DNA of 36,012 bases from a virus (lineage: Duplodnaviria > Caudoviricetes): the IMG/VR virus record IMGVR_UViG_3300012948_000010, positions 1-36,012 of that record; one strand, given 5' to 3'. The position numbers and the translations under genes were made by a program. Numbering within the stretch: position 1 is the stretch's first letter; every line of letters begins with the position of its first letter. The notes under the pieces are model-generated. The model worked only from the letters and a program-made list of their open reading frames with translations, did no database searches and was not told where the DNA came from. This document shows, piece by piece, positions 27,348 to 35,791 of the stretch.

Positions 27348-29746
27348 CAAACGTACTTCCTGAAAACCTCGTTGGGACTCCGGGCATAGCCTCGGGCACG
27401 ATCAATGCCGGGGACATTTTGAGTTTTGTCCAGAGCGCGAGCGTGAATACGGTCAAGCGGTTCGACGGAACAAACTTCGCCGGGATCGCGGTCACGAGCG
27501 CAGCCAGCGGCGACAGGATTCTCTATGCCTCGACCGGCTACGTCAATGTAAATACGACGACGACGATTGCACAAGCCGGTACGTTGCTACAACCGGATTC
27601 CACGACTCCCTATCTTGCAAAGCAGGCCATCCTTCCTGCTTCGGGCTATCCGATCATCGGCGTTTCCTCTCAGCCGGGAATCGGAACTTCAATTACCGCG
27701 CTCATCGGTTTTTCAATGGGCGGCTCAGGAGGAGGGGGAGCATCGGCAGGTCGTTACGTGAACGTCAAGAACGCTCCTTACAACGCGGTCGGAAACAATA
27801 CAGCCGATGACACGACTGCAATTCAAAATGCAATCAACGATGTCTCGACGGCAGGCGGTGGCTATGTGTATATACCGCCGGGGAATTACAAGATAACCGC
27901 TGAGCTTCTTTTACAGAACAATGTTGAAATCAGTGGCGCTGGTTCGGCTGCCACGTTCTTGAATTGGACTACTGATCTGGGCGCAGGGAAGTATTGCATA
28001 AAACCTTCGCCAACGTACGGCACTTGGGGTCAAGCTCCACGGCTGTTGGACTTCTGCTGTCAGGGTACATTCGGCCATGTCCTGAATCCCAACGCGCTCG
28101 GCTGTGTGATGAAGGGCATCAAGCCGGGTAGCAACATGAGTCTTACTCGTGTTCAGGCGTCAGGTTTTCAATCCGGGCTCGTCATGAATAGCGATCATGT
28201 CAATTTCAACGACTGCCGGTTCTCAAACAACTTCTATAACGTCGAGTGGGAAGACGGCGCAACTACCTTCGGGGACAATACATACATCCATTGCTACTTC
28301 GACGGTAGCTTCTTCGCCTCGCTTGCTGTTTTTGGCAACAATGCAATTGTCGGCAGCAACTTCCTGGACTGCCATGCGGGTTTCGGCCCATATGGCATCT
28401 ACGGTGCCGACAAGGGCGGGCACCAATTACAAAACATCGCCATCAATTGCCAATTCATCGATTTGGCCTATGAGGCAGTTGGAAATGGCTGCATTCTCGA
28501 TGAGGGAACCGGCGGGGGAGACAGTTTCGTAGATTGTAATTTCTTCGGCATGAGCATGATGTGGCATTCCACGATCCGCGCAGGCGGATGGGGTGGGGCT
28601 ACGACGGCGATTACTGCTCGCGAATCCAAGTACGCCGTCAGGATCAAGAGCGCGGCTCAGACGACGTTCTATCCGTCAGCCGCAGCCGACATCATCGGCG
28701 GAACGGGGACAGGCGCAGCGGCTTGGTATTTCAGCAATTACGGCACAGGAGCACGAATCGTCGGCAAGGGATGGTCGGATACCCTTCCGATGTTTGCCGA
28801 TGCCAACCCAGAGAATTGCAATCTTGAGACGCCGGACTGGACTGCCAAAATTTTCAATGCGACCGGGACAATTACAAAAGGTGACATCGTTGGCTTCTCC
28901 GGGCCGTTCAACTCGGTAGACCGCTGTACCGGATACAACTACGCCGGAATTGCAATGAATGATGCGACCAATGGCCTGCCGGTGATCGTTGCCTACATCG
29001 GTCAACCGGCAGTTACAACCGTTGCGTCGATTGCAAGTGGCGGCGTTCTCGTTCAGCCGGACGCATCAACGCCGTACAAGGCGAGGGCTGTAGCCAGTCC
29101 GTTTTCAGGGTATCCGATCTTCGGCGTTTCGGATGCTCCGGGAGGAGCTACTTGCCCAATTCATTTGACGGGTGCAGTTACGATTCCCGATGCCTCGATA
29201 GAGGGAATGAAGCTCGGTTTTCATATTGGCACATCTCCTCCCTCTTCGCCGGTCAATGGAATGCTCTGGATTTACAACGGGCTCGGGGTCTACTGGATGT
29301 TCGTCTATGACAACTCGGAAACGACATACAAATGGAAATTCATCGGCGGGGCTCCGGCATTCGCATATGTGGCGGCATTTGAATCTACGGCGAGCACAAC
29401 CTACGTTGCTCTCACGACGGCAGGCCCGAGTATCACCGTTCCCAGGGCGGGGATTTACACACTTGAATATGGCGCAGCGATTCTCACTCCCGGCGGTGCG
29501 TCTCTGGCCCATACCGCTTATGCCTCGCTCGATCTTGGCGGCACCGCAGCAAATGACAACTGGGCCGCTTGGTACGACATTGGAACGACCGGCGCGGTCG
29601 GCTACATCATTAGCGTTGAGGCGATGTATCAGCCGACGCTTGCAGCTAGTGATGCCATTGTAATGAAATATCGCTCGTTCTCTGCTTCTGCCACGGCGCA
29701 GTTTGGACACAGATTCTTGAAAATTACACCGACGAAGGTGAGCTAG
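27344..29746 (+). CDS. Tailspike/fibre with pectate-lyase-3-type beta-helix (putative polysaccharide depolymerase)
   Basis: VNVKNAPYNAVGNNTADDTTAIQNAI...GGGYVYIPPGNYKI signature followed by Asn/Cys-rich beta-helix sequence. Confidence 0.8.
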   Translation: MTNVLPENLVGTPGIASGTINAGDILSFVQSASVNTVKRFDGTNFAGIAVTSAASGDRILYASTGYVNVNTTTTIAQAGTLLQPDSTTPYLAKQAILPASGYPIIGVSSQPGIGTSITALIGFSMGGSGGGGASAGRYVNVKNAPYNAVGNNTADDTTAIQNAINDVSTAGGGYVYIPPGNYKITAELLLQNNVEISGAGSAATFLNWTTDLGAGKYCIKPSPTYGTWGQAPRLLDFCCQGTFGHVLNPNALGCVMKGIKPGSNMSLTRVQASGFQSGLVMNSDHVNFNDCRFSNNFYNVEWEDGATTFGDNTYIHCYFDGSFFASLAVFGNNAIVGSNFLDCHAGFGPYGIYGADKGGHQLQNIAINCQFIDLAYEAVGNGCILDEGTGGGDSFVDCNFFGMSMMWHSTIRAGGWGGATTAITARESKYAVRIKSAAQTTFYPSAAADIIGGTGTGAAAWYFSNYGTGARIVGKGWSDTLPMFADANPENCNLETPDWTAKIFNATGTITKGDIVGFSGPFNSVDRCTGYNYAGIAMNDATNGLPVIVAYIGQPAVTTVASIASGGVLVQPDASTPYKARAVASPFSGYPIFGVSDAPGGATCPIHLTGAVTIPDASIEGMKLGFHIGTSPPSSPVNGMLWIYNGLGVYWMFVYDNSETTYKWKFIGGAPAFAYVAAFESTASTTYVALTTAGPSITVPRAGIYTLEYGAAILTPGGASLAHTAYASLDLGGTAANDNWAAWYDIGTTGAVGYIISVEAMYQPTLAASDAIVMKYRSFSASATAQFGHRFLKITPTKVS

Positions 29747-29760
29747 GGAGGCTAAATGGC

Positions 29761-31365
29761 ATGAGCCGTGTGAAAACCTTTGATGCGACAGGGATAGCTC
29801 CAGGCGGTCGGCTCTATGCCGGTGACTTGAATTCAATTCAGGATCACTACGCCGACGCTGCCAACTTCGGGCAGACCGTCGATGTGGGAACAGTCCGGAT
29901 CGGAGAAACCGGACTCCAGCTTTCTCGCTTCGGAGCAGGCGAAGCCCAGATTACAGGCAACCTCCGGATTTCCGGGATTTCACGACCGCTAGGCGGGACG
30001 GGACTACCTCAGCTAACAACGGCCCAGAGAGATGCCATTGCTCTCGGTAGCCGTCCACAGGGGCTTTGTATTTTCAATACCACGACGGCTCGGCTTGAAA
30101 TAAATGCCGGATCGGATGCAACGCCAACCTGGCAGCAACTCATTCCCTCGGGGCAGGTTGCCAATGCCGATATCGTAGCCGGTGCCGGAATTGCAAAGTC
30201 AAAGCTCGCTGCCCTAGCAATCGTGGATGCCGACGTTACCGGCCCTATTGCCGTTTCAAAACTGTCGGCAGGGTCGGCCGGTCAAATCCTCGGAATTTCA
30301 GCCGGTGTACCGACCTGGCAGGCTCCCTCTTCGTTCTCAAGCCCGTTGACGACGAAGGGCGATCTGTACGGCAGGGGCACAGGAGGCGATCTAAGGGTCG
30401 CTGTCGGTACAGATGGTCAAGTGCTCCAGGCGGACTCTACCCAGGCCGCAGGAGTCAAATGGGGGGCTCCTAGCGCCGTTGCAGATGCCTCGACAACCGT
30501 GAAGGGCATCGTTCAGCTTGTCGGTGATCTTACGGGCACGGCTACGACTCCTGCTGTGGCCGCTGGAGCAATTACAGATACGAAGGTGGCGGCGGCAAAT
30601 AAAGACGGCGCGGCCGGTACGGCCTCGATGCGAACGTTGGGCTCGGGTTCGGCTCAGGCTTGCGCCGGAAATGACTCCCGACTTTCCGACACGCGGACTC
30701 CGACTGACGGCTCGGTAACGAATGTAAAACTGGCGACCGATGCGGTTACGGCAGCAAAGATTCTTGACGGGACAATTGCAAATGCTGAAATCTCTGCTTC
30801 GGCTGCCATCGAATTTTCAAAATTGAATTACCATCTCGGAACATCGCCTCCCGCTGCTCCAGTAGACGGCATGATGTGGATTTTCAATAACTACCCCGGC
30901 GTTTACTGGACGTTCATCTACGATTCCAGCGAACCAACCTACAAATGGAAATTCATTGGTGGCCCGCCAATTGCAGTTTCAATCGTAACCGATCAGACGT
31001 TTGCGGGTACAGGAGTAGGCGCAGTCGATGTTGCAACAGTCGGCCCGCAAGTAACAGGATTGCGGGCAGGCGATTGGTATTGCGAAACAAAAACCATCAT
31101 GTACGCAAGCGGTCAGACGACCGCCGGGTCACTTGGCGTTGTTCTTCGCACATCTTCGGGTACGTGGGACGGCAGCGGGACTGCCGACTATGAGGCCGAT
31201 GAATACGTCGCTGGCGGTTGGGCGACTTGTCTCATTGTTAGTGACATTGCCCGAGGAGTATCAGCGTCAACGACAATCAAAACCATGTATGCCTCGTCAA
31301 ATGTCGGCGGTACGGTTCATGTCAATAGCCGTCAATTGAAAATCTGGCCGATTAGGTTTATCTAG
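29761..31365 (+). CDS. Tail fibre protein
   Basis: LPQLTTAQRDAI, LTTKGDL, DASTTVKGIVQL, AVTAAKI fibre motifs. Confidence 0.8.
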   Translation: MSRVKTFDATGIAPGGRLYAGDLNSIQDHYADAANFGQTVDVGTVRIGETGLQLSRFGAGEAQITGNLRISGISRPLGGTGLPQLTTAQRDAIALGSRPQGLCIFNTTTARLEINAGSDATPTWQQLIPSGQVANADIVAGAGIAKSKLAALAIVDADVTGPIAVSKLSAGSAGQILGISAGVPTWQAPSSFSSPLTTKGDLYGRGTGGDLRVAVGTDGQVLQADSTQAAGVKWGAPSAVADASTTVKGIVQLVGDLTGTATTPAVAAGAITDTKVAAANKDGAAGTASMRTLGSGSAQACAGNDSRLSDTRTPTDGSVTNVKLATDAVTAAKILDGTIANAEISASAAIEFSKLNYHLGTSPPAAPVDGMMWIFNNYPGVYWTFIYDSSEPTYKWKFIGGPPIAVSIVTDQTFAGTGVGAVDVATVGPQVTGLRAGDWYCETKTIMYASGQTTAGSLGVVLRTSSGTWDGSGTADYEADEYVAGGWATCLIVSDIARGVSASTTIKTMYASSNVGGTVHVNSRQLKIWPIRFI

Positions 31366-31373
31366 GAGGGAGG

Positions 31374-31628
31374 ATGGAGGCAAGCAAAGACGATGTAATT
31401 TTTCTCCTGGGGGAAAAGGAAGTCAGGATACGGCAACTCCAGCACGAATTACAAATAACGCAAATTCAACTTGAAGAAGCGGCAAAGCAATTGCACGAAA
31501 TGAAAGCCAAATACGAACCGGAGGGAGACGATGACGGAAGAGACGACGGAGATGGAGGAGATTCCGGGCCTGGAGGTAACGGAAGAGACTCCGGCGGAAT
31601 TGTCCGCCCGGAAATCTGGAAACCGTAG
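31374..31628 (+). CDS. Small coiled-coil protein (possible fibre chaperone)
   Basis: GGAGG-rich RBS; heptad-like segment; follows the fibre gene. Confidence 0.55.
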   Translation: MEASKDDVIFLLGEKEVRIRQLQHELQITQIQLEEAAKQLHEMKAKYEPEGDDDGRDDGDGGDSGPGGNGRDSGGIVRPEIWKP

Positions 31629-32364
31629 GACGCTGCACCTTGTCTCACCTCCGATGCGGGGCAGGGACGTAAAGGAAATTCAATGGCTTCTCAACGGCCA
31701 CGATCCCTCGGCCTGGCAGAAGAAGGATGTCCAGTATCCGATCATTTATCATTTCCCCATCGACGGGGTATTTGGTCGTCAAACGGCCAACCGAGTTTTC
31801 AGGGCGCAGTCGTGGCTCGGATATGAGCATCCTTCCAGGGCAGCCGGTCAGGACTTCTACGATTTCATGATCGGCAAGAAAAAGCTCACGAAGGAAATGC
31901 AACATCGACGTGGTGAGCGGATCAGGGAAGCGAAGAAGTCAACCGGCAAGAAGGCAGGAGCGGTTGAGGCTCTGAGGAAGCACATGGGGCTCGGAGAGTC
32001 CCCGCCTGGATCGAATTGTCAAATGTTCGGCTCCTGGTATCACATGAATTGTGTCGCGTGGTGCGCCATCTCCTGCTCGTGGGCGTTCGATCAGGTTGGA
32101 ATTCATTTCCGGCATTCCTACGTTCCTGAAATTCTCGATGATGCTCGCTGGGGTCGAGAGGGTTTGCACATCACCGGCTTTCCCGAAAAGGGCGATCTTT
32201 TCATTGTCCCGCCAGCGGTGCATGTGGGGTTCTTCGACAAGTGGGGCTCGGGCGGATATTTTCATACTGTCGAGGGAAACCACGGCGATCATGTCGCTGC
32301 GGATTACAGACATCGAAGTTCAATTCAAGCGTTCATCCGAGTGGAAGGGCCGAGACATGCCTAG
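31531..32364 (+). CDS. Endolysin: peptidoglycan-binding domain plus CHAP amidase/peptidase
   Basis: MRGRDVKEIQWLL...IDGVFGRQT; AWCAISCSWA, HVGF, TVEGN. Confidence 0.82.
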   Translation: MTEETTEMEEIPGLEVTEETPAELSARKSGNRRTLHLVSPPMRGRDVKEIQWLLNGHDPSAWQKKDVQYPIIYHFPIDGVFGRQTANRVFRAQSWLGYEHPSRAAGQDFYDFMIGKKKLTKEMQHRRGERIREAKKSTGKKAGAVEALRKHMGLGESPPGSNCQMFGSWYHMNCVAWCAISCSWAFDQVGIHFRHSYVPEILDDARWGREGLHITGFPEKGDLFIVPPAVHVGFFDKWGSGGYFHTVEGNHGDHVAADYRHRSSIQAFIRVEGPRHA

Positions 32365-33070
32365 CTGGGGATGGGAAGAAGGAGCTTTCAAGTACGGTCA
32401 GCGGTACGACGATACGGCCGAAGTCGATAGTTTTCAATTCCGGCGTGCTCATGCCATCCTCGGTTACAAGGATTTGCTCCAGCGAGTCACGAACCGGAAA
32501 GTCAAGGACACCCCGGCGTTCGGTGATGCGACCAAGAACGCAGTCAAAGACGTTCAAGCCGCAAACGGAATGCCGGTTGATGGAATTCTAGGATTTCAAA
32601 CTGCCAGAGTCTTGTGCTGGTGCTCGCACTCCTCCATTGTCCGGGAAGTGGAGTCGGACATGGGCGTGCCCAATCAGTACGTCGGTAGGATCGGGGCGTT
32701 GGAATCCGAGTATTACCTTGCAGCACGGTATGAGCTAGACAGTGGCAATGACCGGGGAGCATTTCAAATCCATGACTCATTTGAACCGGCGCAGGATTAT
32801 CGGAATGTTGAAAAACAGGCACGCTGGACTGCGGACAGACTCATTGCTACGCACAGGAAATTGAAAGAAGAGCATCCGGGCCACACATGGACTCAGTATT
32901 GGTGGAGCGCAATCTTCGCCCACAATGCGCCTGCGTGGGCTCCTGAGTGGCTCGATGCAAATTGTCCGACCTCGGGGGGAGGCACGATCCACGTAGGCAA
33001 TTGGGAGGGAGACAAGTTTGCATGGGCAACTCTCTACACTCATGCGGTGTTGAATAGGAGATGCCAGTAG
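32357..33070 (+). CDS. Second lysin: peptidoglycan-binding domain plus lysozyme-like domain
   Basis: Start reassigned to ATG 32357. FGDATKNAVKDVQAANGMPVDGILG; LESEY...DRGAFQI...AIFAHN. Confidence 0.75.
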   Translation: MPSWGWEEGAFKYGQRYDDTAEVDSFQFRRAHAILGYKDLLQRVTNRKVKDTPAFGDATKNAVKDVQAANGMPVDGILGFQTARVLCWCSHSSIVREVESDMGVPNQYVGRIGALESEYYLAARYELDSGNDRGAFQIHDSFEPAQDYRNVEKQARWTADRLIATHRKLKEEHPGHTWTQYWWSAIFAHNAPAWAPEWLDANCPTSGGGTIHVGNWEGDKFAWATLYTHAVLNRRCQ

Positions 33071-33240
33071 CAAATGAAAATGGGCAGTACCGTTACATAC
33101 ATCTCGTCCGAGCTTGGGCAATCACCATTTTGGGGGTCGTTGGAATCATTTACGGGCTCATTGACAAAAGCTCCGAGACGATCATGCTTGGCTTCACCGT
33201 GCTTGGTTGCGAACCGATGATCCGAGCAAAGGGGTCATGA
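33061..33240 (+). CDS. 59-aa membrane protein, holin-like (not in ORF track)
   Basis: MPVANENGQYRYIHLVRAWAITILGVVGIIYGLIDKSSETIMLGFTVLGCEPMIRAKGS; two hydrophobic stretches; overlaps both neighbours. Confidence 0.6.
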   Translation: MPVANENGQYRYIHLVRAWAITILGVVGIIYGLIDKSSETIMLGFTVLGCEPMIRAKGS

Positions 33241-33542
33241 GTACGCGGGCTTGGATTTACGTTTCACTGGCCTATGCGCTTCTCGCTATCGGCATGGTCG
33301 TCAGTCTGTGGTATTTCAGCCGTACCACGGATCGGCTGGACAAACATCAAAAGGAAATAAAGGCAACGCTTATCGTTCTCAGGCGACGAGTAGTAGAAGT
33401 CAAACAGGCCAGCATTGTCTTCTGTGAGGTTTCAAGACGGAATGACATCGGTGAGGCGACCGTCCTCTTGGAACTTTCAAATGGTCGCAATGTCAAGGTC
33501 AGTCCTGAGTGCGTGAAACTCATTCATAGAATATTCAAATAA
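33237..33542 (+). CDS. Single-pass membrane protein of the lysis block
   Basis: ATGA overlap start; N-terminal TM (WIYVSLAYALLAIGMVVSLWYF), coiled segment, two Cys. Confidence 0.65.
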   Translation: MSTRAWIYVSLAYALLAIGMVVSLWYFSRTTDRLDKHQKEIKATLIVLRRRVVEVKQASIVFCEVSRRNDIGEATVLLELSNGRNVKVSPECVKLIHRIFK

Positions 33543-33552
33543 AGGAGGATGA

Positions 33553-34383
33553 ATGGAGACAGTTCAAGTCGATGGATTCCGAACCGGAAAACAGGAGTAC
33601 GAACATGACCCGCATACACTCATGCTCGGTGACTTTCTGGCCGAGGACATCGTGTATCCAGTTCCATTTGACTTTGACCATAACCGACGGCCGTTCCCAA
33701 CGAACGTTTGGGGCAACGATGCTTACGGAGATTGCGTGTTTGCAGGACGCGCAAATAACTTGCTGCGACTTGAAAGAGTGGAAACTAGAAATACCGTCCC
33801 GCTCACCGACCAACAAGTCGTCGATGAATACAAACTCCGAACGGGCTGCCAGACTCCGGGAGACGCTAAGGACAGGGGCTACTCTGTAATTCAAGCTCTC
33901 CGTGAATGGAGGCATGGCTGGGAATTGCATTTTCCCGATACAAAGGTTACGGAGCGAACCTACTCCATTGCAGCCTTCGGAGAACTCAATCCAGGAGATG
34001 AGAAGCAACTGCGGACAGCTATCTATCTCCTGCATGGAATTCAACTTGGTCTTTGGCTACCGCTTACAGCGCTGGAACAATTGCAAAATGCAATCAAGGC
34101 GGGGAGGCCCTGCATCTGGGATTACGTGCCCGATACACCGCGAAATCGACCGGGCTCGTGGGGCGGGCATCTCGTGTATTCCAAGCGATACGACGAGGAT
34201 TTGATCTGGGATTTGACCTGGGGGATGGAGGTTGCTATGACTACCTCGTTCACCGATCACTACGCCGATGAAGCGTGGGGCGTAATCGACAACTTCGACC
34301 CGTGGCGTAAGACCCACTATTTCAATGTCAACGCAATGATTGAAAAGATGCGCGAAGTCGGCGTTACAAACATCGAGCAATGA
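33553..34383 (+). CDS. Papain-fold cysteine peptidase-like protein
   Basis: GNDAYGDCVFAG (Cys), WGGHLV (His), LTWG; AAAGGAGG RBS. Confidence 0.7.
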   Translation: METVQVDGFRTGKQEYEHDPHTLMLGDFLAEDIVYPVPFDFDHNRRPFPTNVWGNDAYGDCVFAGRANNLLRLERVETRNTVPLTDQQVVDEYKLRTGCQTPGDAKDRGYSVIQALREWRHGWELHFPDTKVTERTYSIAAFGELNPGDEKQLRTAIYLLHGIQLGLWLPLTALEQLQNAIKAGRPCIWDYVPDTPRNRPGSWGGHLVYSKRYDEDLIWDLTWGMEVAMTTSFTDHYADEAWGVIDNFDPWRKTHYFNVNAMIEKMREVGVTNIEQ

Positions 34384-34447
34384 AAGGAGGCTGGGAAGAC
34401 TTCCCACGCTAGCAGCATGACTTGTAAGCTCACAAGGAGGAAATTCA

Positions 34448-34834
34448 ATTCATCGCTTAGCCGCGATACTGAGTGCGTGTGCCCTTGCACTCACCACAGG
34501 CACGGCAACAGCGCAGGCTCTTTACTGGCCGGGTATCCCCCGGCCTCCTCGTGCAGTCCACCAAGCCATACTGAAAACATTTGGGCCTGTAAAGTACGCA
34601 CGGGCTCAATGCATAGCGTGGTACGAAAATCGCTATGTCTACCGTGGGCGGGGAGCAATCTCAGCAACCAACGACCACGGGCTATTTCAAATTCACAGGC
34701 CAGGCCCATACTGGGTGAAGTGGTGGAGGATTTACAATCCTCTCTACAACGCTCGGGTGGCCTATCGGATGTCAAACCACGGAACGAATTGGTATCCGTG
34801 GTCTGTTTACACCTATCAGCGTCATTGCCGATAA
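34448..34834 (+). CDS. Secreted lysozyme-like/SLT transglycosylase with probable ATT start (not in ORF track)
   Basis: AAGGAGG + 7 nt + ATT; signal peptide HRLAAILSACALALTTGTATAQA; AQCIAWYEN, NDHGLFQI, YNPLYNARVAY, GTNWYPWS. Confidence 0.75.
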   Translation: MHRLAAILSACALALTTGTATAQALYWPGIPRPPRAVHQAILKTFGPVKYARAQCIAWYENRYVYRGRGAISATNDHGLFQIHRPGPYWVKWWRIYNPLYNARVAYRMSNHGTNWYPWSVYTYQRHCR

Positions 34835-34853
34835 TTTGAAAGGAGGGTAGGAC

Positions 34854-35120
34854 ATGAACTGGCTGAATACAAAAACTCCGAACGTCACACTGGCACAAGC
34901 CATAGCCGCTTTGGGCTGGGTGATTACTCAGGCAATTGCAATGGGCTGGCTAGACGGGGATAAAGGTCAATTGTTCTTGCAATTGGGTTCATCCATCATC
35001 GCCGGATTGTGGATGGTCGGAGACGGAATCCTCAGAGCCGGACGGAACCGAGCAAGAGCAGCGGCAATTCAAGCCGGTAATCCCGATCCGGCTCTGACCC
35101 CATCGACAAAGACTCGTTAG
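34854..35120 (+). CDS. Holin-like two-TM protein
   Basis: Two hydrophobic helices and basic C-terminus; AAAGGAGG RBS; last gene of the lysis block. Confidence 0.7.
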   Translation: MNWLNTKTPNVTLAQAIAALGWVITQAIAMGWLDGDKGQLFLQLGSSIIAGLWMVGDGILRAGRNRARAAAIQAGNPDPALTPSTKTR

Positions 35121-35139
35121 CTTCGCGGAAGCGAAGGGT

Positions 35140-35184
35140 GGCAGAGGAGTCCCGCCAGTCCCGCCCGGTGAAGACTCCTCTGCC
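35140..35184 (+). terminator. Strong hairpin at end of late operon
   Basis: Perfect 12-bp inverted repeat GGCAGAGGAGTC / GACTCCTCTGCC; only a weak U-tract follows. Confidence 0.55.
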
Positions 35185-35209
35185 CTTCTATGCAGGGGAA
35201 AAATCCACG

Positions 35210-35238
35210 TTGACTCAGGCCCATACCGATGTTACCAT
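35210..35238 (+). promoter_or_regulatory. Sigma70-type promoter
   Basis: TTGACT - 17 bp - TACCAT with TGn extended -10. Confidence 0.7.
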
Positions 35239-35258
35239 CCCCCCTCCGGGGGGAACCG

Positions 35259-35284
35259 AGGGAGCAGGCTCAAGCTCCCTTTTT
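35259..35284 (+). terminator. Intrinsic terminator-like hairpin in leader of the Hfq-like gene
   Basis: AGGGAGC-aggctcaa-GCTCCCT followed by TTTT. Confidence 0.55.
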
Positions 35285-35312
35285 CAAATCAAAATTCAAG
35301 GAGGAATTACGC

Positions 35313-35642
35313 ATGACTGAAATTGAAGAGAAAGACCCGAAAAAGCGGGAGCGGAAGAACAACAAGAACTACACCGTCCACGACTCGGAGCTAATCACGG
35401 CTCGGGTCAACAACGTCCCCGTGGCTTTCAAACTTGCAATTGAAGTCGAAGGTGGGGATACGGTGATCGGCAAGCTCATCTCCATCGACCGCTACGCCCT
35501 CAAGATGGAAGTCCTGGAGCCTGAGAACGACGAGGAAGGAAACGATGTTTGGATCACGACCGGGCAGAAGGTCTGGATTCAGAAGCGGTACATCGTTCTG
35601 GACGAAACCCTCGACGGAAACACGGTGAAGGACGGAAATTGA
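35313..35642 (+). CDS. Hfq/Sm-like RNA-binding protein
   Basis: ATG 35313 with AAGGAGG RBS; HDSELITARVNNVPV, GDTVIGKLISIDRYALKM (Sm1-like), KVWIQKRYIV (Sm2-like). Confidence 0.6.
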   Translation: MTEIEEKDPKKRERKNNKNYTVHDSELITARVNNVPVAFKLAIEVEGGDTVIGKLISIDRYALKMEVLEPENDEEGNDVWITTGQKVWIQKRYIVLDETLDGNTVKDGN

Positions 35643-35791
35643 AATTGAACCATGAATAATACTAAACCGAAGGTTTAGTAATAGAAGGAGTGAAGGAAAG
35701 GATAGTAATTGAAATGGAAGTAATACTACTAGTAGAGAAAGCAGGGGAGTCCTTTCCTAGCTTTAGTGCGCGAAGGCAGGGCATACATCTA

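Noticed and set aside
29218-31365. Diversity-generating retroelement or invertible fibre cassette
   Set aside because: No reverse transcriptase or invertase in the window; similarity is mostly protein-level, in direct orientation, and no adenine-specific pattern was noticed.
34417-34898. ORF-track calls 34417-34839 (+) and 34491-34898 (-)
   Set aside because: No recognisable motifs; another + frame has an RBS, signal peptide and lysozyme-like motifs.
35120-35190. tRNA or other known structured RNA
   Set aside because: No cloverleaf or T-loop consensus seen; simple hairpins explain the sequence.
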